Source: Phoronis australis (Eukaryota; Animalia; Phoronida). From it: 64,000 nucleotides of DNA. Positions 27,501 to 40,900 of the stretch are shown here, in pieces. The first letter of the stretch is position 1; every line of letters begins with the position of its first letter. The stretch spans positions 186,001-250,000 of the forward strand of contig NMRA01000073.1 in the NCBI GenBank assembly GCA_002633005.1, read 5' to 3'. The notes below the pieces were generated by a model that searched no databases, had not been told where the DNA came from, and worked only from the letters and a program-made list of their open reading frames with translations. Made by a program: the position numbers and the translations under genes.

Positions 27501-30500
27501 CGAAAACATTAAAAAACTAAAAAGAATTTTAAACTTTCTTTTAATATGTGACAGTGAGAAGAGATGACAACACACAGTCTGGCCGTGTCACAGCAGTCCT
27601 ACCTGTGAAAGGATAGGTGCAACCGATTTCTCCAATAATTCCACATCTGACCGGCTCGCCGCTGTCGTCCACCGCAAAACCTTCAGTGACCTGCGAGACA
27701 ATCTCGGCGCAAATTTGTTCCTCCGTCAAGGATCCCATATTGGAGGGGTGGGATTTGCCGATGTAATAACCTATCACGGTAGAAAACGTCAAATTCTTTA
27801 CTGTACAGGACAAAGAACCAGTAACAGCTCTCGTGGCGGGAAACTTTGAATTAAAAATCTCGCATTCGACTTAAAACATGCTTCAATACGAATCTTTGCC
27901 ACCCAATACAATGTCAAGTCTAAATAACAGTGTGTCTCTGAACTTCGAGTCACTTGTAAAGGAAACATTAGTGGGTGTTAAAAAGATATTTTGGTAGATT
28001 TTGTTAAATCACAGATTTATGACCAAGTGATCTAAATGAACAGGAAGGCGTAATCGTTCAAGTTACCTGCTCCACAAATCACATTGACTCCGGTTTCCAA
28101 TGCAACTTTCTTGTAAAACAGTGGATCTGGATTAATTCCCTTGGTAGTGTTCTCCACTATGGTTTGTCCGCCGTTTTTCTGGTGTTCTTAGTAGCATTAA
28201 AATTCATTCGATGAAGGTTGTGTATCAAGAGAAACAATGATAGTTTACAGGGAAATACATTAGCAATACAAGTGACATGGATACGTGAAAGTATCAACCG
28301 ATGGTAAAGTGTTAAATGATGGTGCCGCGCCATTGAAAACTTCAGTTATAAAAATAGATAACATCTTGCTGAGTATGGTCAAAGACGGGCAGAACACATC
28401 CCGAATGCAAAACCGTCCACGGGGATCTTCCTCGCATTGTAAAATTTAGTTCTTAGCATTTCCATTGGGCCTGCATGCGCACGGTATTCAGCAAGTACAT
28501 GCAACTGTTGGCCGTTGTCGTAGTCGCTCCTTGTTTTCAATCGCACAACACAACGAACAAATCGCGAAAAGTGTACTGAGTGTTTATGTGAAACATCATG
28601 TTGGATTCAAAAACAGTAACACTGTAACTAAAACGCTAATATCCATACCTTGAATTTGTTTATTTCTTCAAGCACTGCCTCTTGTTCTTCACATAACTGA
28701 CGATTCTCTATATGTGAATACCTTGAAGAGTGACATCAAAGCAAACATAAACATTCAGAATACATATATTGGTCAAAACAGAAATAGAAGTAGGAGTTCT
28801 CCGTTTCCAGAAGGGTTCATAAACCTGCTGCTGTTACAATGACATTTAATAATGCAAAAGATGTACAAACTTGGAATTTTAAAAAATGGCGCAATCTCAT
28901 GCAGTCTCAAGTCTAACGCTTTGTCAGTGAACAGACAATGCCAAACGAACTGCAATCAACAAAAGTAACTGGTTACTTGGCTACGTCGTCACGGTACAGG
29001 CCACTGAAATGTAGTACAAACCTTTCTTGAGTTTTTAGTCGCCATACCATTACAGATTGAGAAAAAAGACTGCAAAAAACTACGGGCAACCTCAAGAGTA
29101 ATGTCCAAAAGTTTATACAGGTACAAGATTGTGCAGCATACAACTAAGGTTAACCTTAAGAGTTATGCGTGTGAATTTATTCATTTTTCATTCTTACGGA
29201 TACTGTCTTATCCATCCCAGGTTCTTCATTTCAAACGGCAGATAGACATTGTTAGCGAACTTCTCTCTTGGAGGGTAAAAAGATACGCCGAACTTCATTG
29301 ATAGGTGCTCGTGTGTATGAGTAACTCCCAGCGACTCAGGCCAAACGCACCCCAGCACTGAAACAGCGTCGTTCTGATTCAGATGTTAACAGTTTGTTTG
29401 TAAATAACAGGAGTGCTATGATGTAAAGGGAACTGAAACTCGAGCCATTCCAGGAAGCGCCAAAGGGTTCGTAAACCAGTATGTTTCTGCGTGTAAAATT
29501 TGCTATTTTACTATCATCATATTTGTAGAATTAAGTCATTCTGCTCATAAAAGAAGAGACTCTCGTGCGCATCCTAAACTTCCAACCAGTTTGCCTAATA
29601 TTTTGAAAAGTATAGTAGAATCTATGTTTTTGTTTTGAATTTGACAGGAGAAATAATTCCCGTTTTGAACAAGGACGTTTTTTATTCCATTTTTAACGAT
29701 GTTAAACTAGTGATACCACAGGATAGATTAGTCGGGCATTCGGTTAAGAGGTACAGTTCATCTACATTGTAAGTATGGTATTTAACTGAAAACATGTTGC
29801 ACTAACTAGTCGAATCAACGTATCGATCAATGTGCACTAGCTATAAAAACAAACTCTTCCTTCTCGTAGGATTGGAATTGACGGTCTTTACCTATTATAC
29901 ACCGATCACAAACTGGCTGAACGCTATGCAAGACCATCACGGAATATCCTTTGCTATAATTTTCCTTCAGGTGCGCTTTTCAATGGTCAGTGAGGTTAAA
30001 CAAACATAGCTTGATTCCAGCCCTACAGATACTTTGTTCACACACAGGCTAAAAGGCAAGCATTTTCGTTAGCAATTTCGCCAGTACCGGAAAATGAACG
30101 GTTGCAAATGTTTGCTGCGGTTTGAGTTATTCACCCAAAACTGCTCGCATTTAATGAACGCGTCTTGACGTCACTTTTGCTTTAGAAACGATTCGGGTGA
30201 TGAGAAGAAAGGGAGTAGCTGCTGACATCTCGTCCGTTGCGCTAAAACGCTAGTGTTTTCCCCACTGAACAAAACTACTTACCTTTTCACCAATCACACA
30301 TGCAAACCTTGTATTAAAAACAACAAACCCTCATCCGGACACGTTTGGAACTTTTCCATTACCAAAACACGAGAAGAAACGGAAAGGTATTTTTTTCTCA
30401 GTTGACACAAGCATCAGTTATTTACACATAGTACTTGGAAATTTGAATCTGGACCTTCTGTATTTATCAAAAACAAATTAGGTTATTTCTCAAAATCTGA

Positions 30501-31110
30501 GACCAGGTGCCGGTCACAATCTTGCATTAGGAAATGCTATTTACTGGCGTAATGCTTTTTAATGGACTGGGTAAACATTTAACCAAAATAACATAAAGTG
30601 TTTAGCCAAAATTGCAAATTTATCAGGTCAAAATAATTTGCGAATGTACAGCTAAACTGTATTTATTGTTATTAAATACAGTCTATATATAACATTGCTT
30701 CCAGTACCATTTGCAATTAAAAATGAGGAGGAGCGACTTCTCAGTAACCAAATTCACTGGATTTAATTTCAGCGCCCTCTTTTTGCCAGACTAAAACTAC
30801 TTTAAACCAAAATTAGGTCAAACATGTCAGACACTAGCTGGGTCATTAAAGTCTATGATTAAAGAACGCTTGAGCTTTCAGATGAGGTGTTTGGTTTAAC
30901 TAAAACAATATAATACTTTTGAAAGTCGATTTCATAGTGGGAGCCCCTGCTTAAAAGTTTTCGTTCGGAACTGTTTGGACAAGCTTACCATGCAATGTAA
31001 TCTTGATATAATTGATTAAAATTCTATCACTGGACTTTTGGTCTCAGTTCAATGATGAAGTTCAGTCTACTATGCTCACCTGTTTGGACTTTGCCTGCTC
31101 TCGAGACCAT
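24521..31110 (-). CDS. PTER: Phosphotriesterase-related protein, paralog 2 (354 aa)
   Basis: Exons 31080-31110, 29198-29357, 28649-28721, 28067-28178, 27603-27770, 25687-25851, 25234-25451, 24521-24658. Same exon sizes, frame open, metal-ligand motifs retained. Confidence 0.93.
26217..27420 (-). mobile_element. HINE/DINE-like element in PTER2 intron 5
   Basis: Reverse-complement similarity to 42840-43760 (both translate as MGAKI..GGATVV.VV.K.SSAV.F); internal GCCACTAG repeats; ACAAG end. Confidence 0.65.
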
Positions 31111-32392
31111 AATCCTGAAACGAGAAGAGTGTGACGACTAACATATAGCACACTGCTCGCACCAATTTATATGTTACGCAACACTAATTGTAGGACTAAT
31201 CCACACCGAACATACTAAGTAGCCGGCTTGTAGCGCCAAACCGGAATGGAATAGCACTGACACCACACAACCTCTGGCGATGATTAAACAAACTAATGCT
31301 ATTTGGCAGTGTAAGGTGTACGAAAGAGTTAGCTAGAGAGACACATTTCATCTGATGTTCCAAGCACTGACTTAGCCACAAGGGGGCAAATCGGGTCCAT
31401 AACGTCTATTCATTATAAAAACCTTTCTGGAGGCCCGGCGAAACTCATTTCAATTATGCGTTTGCAAGTTACGGTGCCCCAATTTTCTTTTCAGCCCTCC
31501 CACGGTCGCCAGCAAATGTGGCGTTTGTACCTCCCCCCGCCCCCGGTCCCTCCCCGTTGAATGCACACCCCTTTCGTTACAAGTATCTCAAACAAAGATA
31601 TAACAAATCTTGTGAAATAAAAAGCAGCATGCAGCCTCCGGGCTCGGGGGGGGGGGGGGGGCTGNATTTGACGAATGCACAATTCCTAGTCCTATAACGT
31701 AGGCCTACCCCATGAATTAGCGAAAGGTCCACTTCTAAAAAATTCCAGCCCCGCCATTTTTAGGCTGGGTGCACGCATGCATTATAGAAATAGTAGAGAA
31801 GATTAGAGGAAATTTTGTATTATTCATCCATATTGTACGCGCGTGGTGGTTACACCACAGGTAACAAGGGAGTCTAGAGGAAAATGCCTAAGTTACACTG
31901 TAAGCGCGCAGCGAGAGAGCTCCCAAAAGTAGTGCATTGTGAATGCCTTAAGTGGACCAAGAAACAAAACTGCAGAAAATAGATTTGTTATCTGCTATTT
32001 TGAAATACTTGCCATCAAAAAAAGCATTTTCAAATTTTGAATTGAAAGTGATAGTCAAATATGTTGTTCAGTGTCCACTTTGATTGTGGATTGTTGTATT
32101 GACATGCATGCGTTCACACGTGTATGCGTTCCCGTTCTTTTAAATTCAGTACACGCCGACAGCAATTGGTTCACTATAGGCAGCCGCCGCCGTTCCTAAA
32201 GAACCAGACATTTAACTACCGTGTTTTCTTGCACTGAGAAAACCCCGACGAGCATGTTCACATTATTAGGGAAAAGTACGTCCAGACCTAATAAAAACTT
32301 TGGTCAATGAAGAAAGTCTCCTGTCAATCAGTGTCAGTGGTGCACAGCCTCGCAGACTTCATACGAGCAACAAACATTGAAAATATTTCCAA

Positions 32393-33245
32393 GGTCACAA
32401 GTTACTATTCCGAAGGTTCACTACTCGCGAAGTTCCACTACTCGCGAAGTTCCACTACTCCGAAGATTCGCTACCTTCGAATGTTCACTACTTCGAATGT
32501 CAATAATTCCGAAGCCAGAACTGTCATGAATAGTGTATTGTACTTGTGACCATTTAGCAACAATTTAAAGGGTGTGCAAGAATTGAATAGTTCTTAAAAC
32601 ATTCATTACATTGTTTACAAATGAGATCACCTCCACCTCATGAATCGTGGTTCTCACTAACGACTCAATCATTCCCAAGCATGGGTAACATCTGGGGCAC
32701 AGATCAGGGCTGCGGCGACCAACGGCGGTTTAAAATTTAAGAAGCCTTAACGGGACTCTTTGACTTCGTGAAGACTGTCAGGAGCAGTGTAGCCTACTAA
32801 CTACATTCAGTTTCGACCCGGCCGTGCCCGTGGTTCCGTTGGGTGAGCCGGTTGAGGCGCACCACCACTGACCCTAAACTTTTCAGTCGCGTTGGGAAAC
32901 GGATGCGATCTTGACATTGATTTGATGAATGTATCTTGGTTGATAATTCATCGGGATTCCTACTTCATATTCTTTTAAAAATGTAAAAGCGTACTCATTT
33001 TTTCCGTTTAAAGACATGCGGGCAATTGCGCATGCTCATAAAATCCAAGCAAAGTGTTGTAGTACCGCCGGCGTTGTTTTCGGTATGGGTACACGACTTA
33101 GTGCTTCTAATTAACGAAGTATCGTTCATTTTTGCATGTACCGTATAAAAATCGCATATGATTCCGAAATTTTTTATATTTTCGGAGCACCTTCGAAGTA
33201 TTGAACCTTCGGAACAGTGAACCTTCGGAGTAGTGAACCTTCCAG
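32393..33245. mobile_element. Element with inverted subterminal ~16-bp arrays (DNA transposon/foldback-like)
   Basis: (CACTACTCCGAAGGTT)n-like array at 32400-32515; reverse-complement array AACCTTCGGAGTAGTG at 33190-33241. Confidence 0.7.
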
Positions 33246-33929
33246 CGTTGTAAGTAACTTAAGTAAAACGCAAAAATAAAACCAGATAAAAAAGTTTCGT
33301 CAAGTCATTCTCCGACAAAATATTTCTCCCCAAGTTTGTGATGACCTGTAATCACTCACTTACGCACTCCGGATTTGACCACATCCGAATTGGAGTCCCG
33401 TTATTTGAGAGCAACCGTCACGGCATCCTCATTTCTGCTATTACGAATTTCGTCTCATCTCAGGAACATAAAGCTGAGAGCAGTTGCGTACATGTATACA
33501 GGTTTCCCATCTCAATAATTAAGCCGCGTCCAGGCCTTACTGGAAACTCTTCAGTGTCGACGTTTGAAAAATATCAAAGGTCCAACGTTCTAGAAATTTG
33601 AACCAATTCCCGCGTAATGCTTGCTACGAACCTGAGAATACTACCCTTGGTTTAATTAAATCATATTGCATACCAATAAAAAGCCCAGTCATTCCCTTTC
33701 CAATGATATTACATGTTTATTGTGTTTAGTAGCCAAAGAGGGCTTAATCTGAAAGTAAAAGTAGCAAAGTGTACTTAAGTTTGAACATTCAGCTTTTTCA
33801 GTAGCAATTACACAGCTGGTTTCATGGCAATAAAAATTTATAACAATTTGGCAACACTTTATTTATTGAACAACTGACTGATAGAAAGTAGTGATAGTCT
33901 GATTGAGAGACCGTACGGTGACAGTCTTC

Positions 33930-34140
33930 TCAGTATCGGGTTGACGAACCAATCGCAGTCACTACAGCGATACACCATCTTCCATGCTTTTTACTAGACT
34001 GGCAACATGTTGCTATGTAATGGCATTCCGCTCCCGAGTCAGGCACAGTGGTTGTGTTGGTCACTCGCGCACGTACAGCCCGTACGAGTTGGTCCCACAG
34101 GTGTTCGATTGGGTTCAACTCTGGGTCGCATGCGGGCATT
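33930..34140 (-). mobile_element. Tc1/mariner transposase C-terminal relic
   Basis: PELNPIEHLWDQL matches the SPDLNPIE..W motif of DD34E transposases. Confidence 0.8.
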
Positions 34141-35199
34141 CCATTAGATGTACATTTGAAGAAAGCTGCAAACTGGACACTCCAAACATAATTTGCATAA
34201 TTGTGATTCATATTGAACCTGCTAACAGCAGGAGTTCCATGTTGTCATTCAGTGATCAACAATTCATTGACAAAATGTGGAATTGTTGGAAAGGAAAGTG
34301 ACTGAGCGTTCTATTGGTATACAACATGATTTAACTCACCAAAAGTAATGAAAACACGGACGAAGGAACACAAATTTTAAAACTTTTGTTCAGGTGTTTA
34401 CATTTTGCGAAAATTGAAGTTTTGCAGATTTTGCCGTTTTGTGTTTTAAGTATAAATTCAACAATGGCGATTTGATGAATCCATGCATTTATAGTAATAG
34501 ACTGAGTTGTTTGTTTGCACGGTCAAGCTTGAGTAGCACTACAACACCTACAATTCCTTGACTATCGCTTACTGGACCCCTCTCCCTTGGCACTAGCAAT
34601 TGAAAATGGCGGGGCACCAACACAAACCTTTCAAATCGGGTTCGCATCACCTGAGGCCAGTGCTTCCATAGGCGTAAAAACGTGTATACGTTTATCGTAT
34701 TGGTATCTCTAAAAATGAGGGCATATAATCCGGCTATAATGCTGAGGAATATTATGAGACCGCGTTTGTTCGAGTAAAAGAGTTTAGAAGAGATCTCTGG
34801 GTTCGGGAAGCATTGACAGCTCACCCTTTCTTCAAATTAAGCTCACAAAATTTCAGGTCACTCCGTGATCTGCAATTGTATGACCTTTACTTGAAGAAAT
34901 AACGGTGTCACGGTTCTTCCTTAGTCCGGAAATTATTCCTCGTCTGAGCAAGGACCAATTTGAGATCATTCGTATAAAACATATTTTTGCCAAAAAAAAA
35001 AAACAACACATCAATAGCTTTAATTAAAGGGCTTAAAACCAATATTTGCCTTGTTTTGACAAGTGACTTCATTGTCAGCATTATTAAACATTCCTTCATA
35101 CCACAATATATCACAATCGTGAATTCAATTTACAAAAAAACGAGGAAATAGAAAAGCGCGACTTCAAATGAAAGCTTCTTAGCTCCACGGTGACGTATG

Positions 35200-35398
35200 A
35201 CTGAACGTACCCAGCGCCAGTCGGTGTCATGTTTACCAACATGCGAGTTTCTTGAACAAACATGCGACATATCTGCGCTTTTCCGATGTGCCGTGGGAAA
35301 GTGAAAAGAATCACATCGTGGACAAACTCTAAGTTGTCACAACCACCACAAACGCAACGCCTCGCCACTCCTCGGGAAAACGAGCAGCAATATCTCAC
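35200..35398 (-). mobile_element. Degenerate THAP-like fragment
   Basis: RRCVCGGCDN...LFTFP resembles a THAP N-terminus. Confidence 0.45.
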
Positions 35399-35642
35399 GA
35401 CTTTTCACACAGTGGAGGATGACTAGTCCTATGATTGGGTGTCCCGATTTTAGGTGTATGTATCGACCAATAAATGCTCGTAACTCGAGATTAGCTTAGT
35501 AATTAACATATCGTAAAATAGTGTTTGGATAAATTCAAATTTGACACCCGACCGACTGGTTTGTTTTTTTTTCTTGGTGTTTTTGGTATGAAATTGGTGA
35601 TTTTAAGCACTTTAAATAAAAAACGTCCGAGCTGCCATTATG

Positions 35643-36353
35643 GCGTTTTGTCCATGCCCACCTTGCAGAGTCTTAGTTAGTTTTATCTATTGACGTCATA
35701 ATAAATGACAATATTCGCAATCCTCCTCTTGTTTTACTCTGCAACATAGCTCGTGGCGTACCCCGCCAAAATAGATTACGATAAATTAAATTTAACTTGT
35801 TAAATGCATTTATCGTCATTATTTTTACACTTGTCTCTTTATTTTGAGACCAGTCCTTAGGGTTTATTTTGCATTACTCATCTCTATTTATAGCCTCAAG
35901 GGCCTACTTTTGTATTCATACGTTTCTCTACGCGACTCCTGATTGGTCGCCCATATTTCCTTTGTTCTGTTCAACGTGGTCTCTCATTCAGCCACCTACC
36001 TCGTCGTCTACAAGACCTACGTTCGTTCTCTTCATTTTTCCCCACCCCCCATCCCGGGTGTCGGTTCCACTTTCTCTTTGCTCGTATACATTTCCTGTTA
36101 GGTTTTTTCAAGTTTTGTGTTCATGTTCTGTACTTTTGCCTTTAAGCCCTTCAGGCAGTTCTTTTGTTTTGTTCCCTCTTTCAGGGCTATTCATTGTACA
36201 CGCCGGTGGGCGTTTTGTCCATGCCCATCTTGCAGAGTCTTAGTTAGTTTTATCTATTGACGTCATAATAAATGACAATATGCGCAATCCTCCTCTTGTT
36301 TTACTCTGCAACATAGCTCGTGGCGTACCCCGGGCAAAATAGATTACGATAAA
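35643..36353 (+). repeat. Pair of ~140-bp direct repeats (35643-35783, 36210-36353)
   Basis: GCGTTTTGTCCATGCCCA...AATAGATTACGATAAA twice, few mismatches. Confidence 0.85.
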
Positions 36354-36379
36354 AATAAAAAACGTGACAACAAATAACA

Positions 36380-37720
36380 AAACTGACATTAAAAAATCAC
36401 ACCCTCCGTAATGACAACTGTAGTTTCATTTTAGGAAGAGGATTAAATATGCTCAAAGTTTCTAAAACTATCGGGCTAACACGTCTTGGATCATAAAACA
36501 GGTCTAATATACTCCTAAAATGACAGTGATCAAAAAGGGCATCCAAAGCTACAGATAGACTTGTTGACTGATCTTGAACTTGAACTTCTGGGGGGCTTGT
36601 TTATGATTACTCAAGGTATAATTGAGTTTTAAAAAAGTAAATTTTTGCAACAAGAACAACGCAAACCCACGACAAACGGTGAGGTTCTCTGTTCCCTATA
36701 AGTATCATGGCCACTACAAGGAGAAAAATACGTCAAACCCCTCCCAAATAAGGCTCATCATCTCCCAAATGCAAAACTATATGATAAACTTCATGAAAAT
36801 CAGCCTAGGAACTCAAAGATAGATAGGCAAACCGACTACCACTACGTCACTAGAAGATAAAGTGGTAGAGATCCATCCGAAAGATATGATGCTAAGTTTG
36901 TAGAAATACACTCATCCAAAAATGAACGTCAGTCGTGATATTTCACAGCAGGAACACATCTGTCAATTTTCATAGCGATCCTTCAAGCAGTTTGGCGGAA
37001 ACCAAAAACGGACTCGAAATCAATAAAAGTTGCCACTAAGTGGTACAGAACTCATGAAACCCACTAGCAAAAAGGCTCTCGTCGTCTCTTTTATAGAAAT
37101 GAAAGCTATTTGCCGAATTTCAAGAAAATGCATGTAGAAACTCTGAAGATCGTAGAAACCTTATAAAATGCCACTAGGAGATAGAGCGGTAGTCAGATCC
37201 ATCCAAAAGTCGTGGTCGTCCGTGAACGCAGTACATAAAGATCTTGCAAAATATTTTCAGATACAATCGTAGACGCAAAAAATAGCAAAATTGCCACTAG
37301 TGTGGGCCAGAGAAATCGAACTCGTCCGGCAATCAACGTCAGTAGTGGTCTTCTCAGAAAGAACACATCAACCAATTTTGTTAAAGATGTTTGGAACAGT
37401 TTGGCGTATAGTGGCGGACGCCAAACCACGATAACGGATATGGCCTCTGAGTGTCCCAAAAAGTCAAATCTGTCCGAATATGACAAAGCGAATATGACCC
37501 ATTTGCCGAATATTATGAAAATCGGCCGAGGAACTCCGAAGAGGCAGAGGCAAACGTAAAAAACTAAAATTACCACTAGGAGATTGCAACAAAGTCCGAA
37601 ACTCGTCGTCATCCCCTGTCAACTTCAATGAAATCACTCATGGGTTTAGGAGATACATCAACGAACGCCCCGAGATTTTTGGACTACGCACCCACGTGTA
37701 TATTTGAGTGCATAAAAAGT
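36380..37720 (-). mobile_element. HINE/DINE-like element downstream of PTER3
   Basis: GCCACTAG internal repeats; GCACCCAC...GTGCATAAA end at the same position relative to the 3' UTR as the copy behind PTER2. Confidence 0.6.
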
Positions 37721-37953
37721 AGGCTTAAGGCAAATAGAATCGAGACTGAAAGATATTTAAGCAACTAGTTGTCGACAAGAAACTTTATTGGCGAATCGAC
37801 ATTGAAACCTAAACGACAAATGTCTATGCAAGGCTATCACTTTTGTTTGGAGACACAAAATGAAATTTAAGTACCAAATAAGAGGCATTCCAAGTAACTG
37901 TGCATTGCAAAGGAAAGACACAAGAAACAGCACAGGGTCGACAACAGAGGAAT

Positions 37954-40900
37954 TTATTTATCGAAGGTAAGCCATCGAGCAGCGTTGGAGATTAAAATGG
38001 TGTCAATTTGTTGCTGAGATACTCCGTAAGTCAACATCTGCGGAACAACGTTGTCAAGGATGTGGCTGTATCCGTGGCCGCCAAACTTTACCTGTAAGAG
38101 ACGCACAGTGCGTGTGAGACATCTGAGCTCTGGTGCAATGCAGTGGAATTCTTTTTACGTTTTGTCGTCTGGTTAAGTGATATTCAAGTCGAATTTACAA
38201 TACCAAGATTTACTTATAAATTTACTTTTCTGACTAACTCTGTCTGTAGAACGACAAATTTTCGAATGGTTATGAGAATAACGCATATTCTGACTATTTC
38301 CAAACAGAGCCAGTTTGCGGAATCTCGCCACAACCACTCAAGAATATGAACATACCAAAATGTGTGCAGGCAATTTTTGGCGGCTTAAGCTTACCAGGCG
38401 ATGTTTGGTATGAATGTCATGAGCCATAACAATCTTATCCAGGTATCCTTCCTTGATAAGTAGCTGTATTCGCCTTATTCTTTCGGCGTCGGACGGCATG
38501 GCAACCACTTCGTTAGGCTGGTACCACGATGTTTCTACGCCAAACAAATCGTATTCACAAAAGGTTCCCAGTTTGGCAAATTCCAACAAGACATCATCAT
38601 CATGGATCGTTCCTGTAATCGACCAGAGCGAGCGCTGTATGCGTACCACCAGACATATCTGACATTTAAAAATAAATCGTTTATGAAGAAGAATATGAAT
38701 TGACATCAACGATTGATTTACAAAACTTTTCTTGAAATTTTCCAAACCATTATTCAAGACACACCGCTCCTGGTGGTTTTATCACATCTAAATTATCAAA
38801 AACGACAAAAACTCTCTCTTGTCAAGCAAATAAAGCTACATCACGTGTTTTAAAACTACAGCTCAGATGTCACGATATGCCCCCAAGACTTGCCTTTCTG
38901 TTATTTGATAAACTGGTGTACCCAACATTGTGTTATGGTGCGGAGAGTTGGGGTTTTAAAGATTACGAGTGTTTAGAAAAATTCATTTAAAAAATTGTAA
39001 ATTGACTTCAAGACTTTGCTTGACTGCTTTAACGCTGCAGTATTGGGTGAGTGTGGCAGATATCCTATGTTTACGAGATAATTTGTTAGCTGTAGGCTAT
39101 TAAATACTGGCTTAGAATTTTGAATATGCCACAAAAACATTATCCAAGGGCCGCTTACAACATGTTGTACAGGCTAGATGAAAATGGTACTAGACATATG
39201 TATAATTGGGCAAGCTCAGTCCGCAATTTATTGTCAATGTATGGTTTCTATGATGTTTGGGTAAACCAAGGAGTCGCGTGTCAAGAGTCGTTTGTAAATA
39301 TTTTCTCACAACGTGTTAAGGACTCTGCTTTACAAAGGTGGCAATCCGATGTTGATTCCAATTCTAAGTTAAACTATTACAAAAAATAAGGTTGTATTTG
39401 AACTTGAAAACTATTTAAAAATTGATAATCTTCCAAGAGTGTTTGTGTAAAGTTTTACACGTTTTCGAGGCGCAAACCACAGACTAGCAGTAGAAATTGG
39501 TTGTCACGTAAAAGTAACATATGGAGACAGGGTGTGTACATTTTGCTCGAGGAATTGTGTCCAGGATGAATATCACTTTTTTGTTAATTTGCGACGCTTT
39601 CACCGAAATCAAAGCTAAGTTTCTAAGTGAGAGCCCCTGGACAAGTCCCTCTTTGTTTAAATTTCATAGACTGTTATGTAATCCTGATATCTCAGTTGTG
39701 AAATATGTATACTTTGCATCTAAAAAACGGAACAGCTTGTGTATTGCTGACTAGTGTGCATAACACCGCAATGTGTACAAATAAAGAAGGCACACCGCTC
39801 TCTTCAAAAGCACCTGACTGCCACTGGCACAATTACGCAACTGTTTGGTTTGTTATTCCTCTTTCGTCATCGTACGGGATTTCGTCGTTTCCTGCAATTA
39901 CTAATCGTCACAGGTACAGTATTCATTTAGTTGTGAACGTGTTTTGTAATTTAGCAGTTTCAATGAGGTAGCAAAGATACAGATCTTTTCGCTAACTTAT
40001 GTAACCGTGGAAAATGAGCGCAAAATCTTACTGTCCAAATGTCCCATTACAATCTTTCTCGTGTCGGCGCCAGCTTCTTGTAATATTCGTACAATTTCCG
40101 CGGGCTGATCCTTATTACGGCCGGGGTGAATCATCAGCGGTGCTCCTAGGTGATTTTGGGCTTGCGCAGCTGAGCGCAAACTTTTCTTTTCGTGCTCTAT
40201 ATTCAAATCAAGATCAAGTATAAAAAGAGTGTAACATACCAAAACGAACTCACGTGCGCTTGGACACGCAACAACAGAAAAGACGTGACCACTGTCAAGC
40301 CTTCTTGGTGGCTACCTGAAATAATTTCATATCTGGATAGTGTGGTCAGAGCTCCGACTGTCATCAGTGAAATAGCCCTATGCTAATGTATGTAAGTTAA
40401 GGTGGCCATGAACCCGTCTTCCACCACAAAAGCAATTTTGATTTAGACCACTGGCCTAAAATTGTGCCCTAGTTAAATTAGTGATATCAGAGCCGCGAAA
40501 GAACTGATAGCGTTATTACTTATTACTTATTACCAAATGCTACAAGTTGGTTTGTGACGTGAGCCATTATATTCGCCGAGCATGGTCTTAAGAAATACCG
40601 AACTATGCGTTCTTTGGGCGCCCAGAAATCATTTCTCATTTTTTTGACGAAACGTTTATATCCAAGTAAAATAATTAGATGTCCTACCTGTGAAAGGATA
40701 GGTGCAACCGATTTCTCCAATAATTCCACACCTGACCTGCTCGCCGCTGTCGTCCACCACAAAACCTTCAGTTACCTGCGATACAATCTCGGCACAAATT
40801 TGCTCCTCCGTCAAGGATCCCATGTTCGAGGGGTGGGATTTGCCGACATAATAACCTATCACGGTAGTTATGAAGGACATCAATTGGCAAGTCTGCACAT

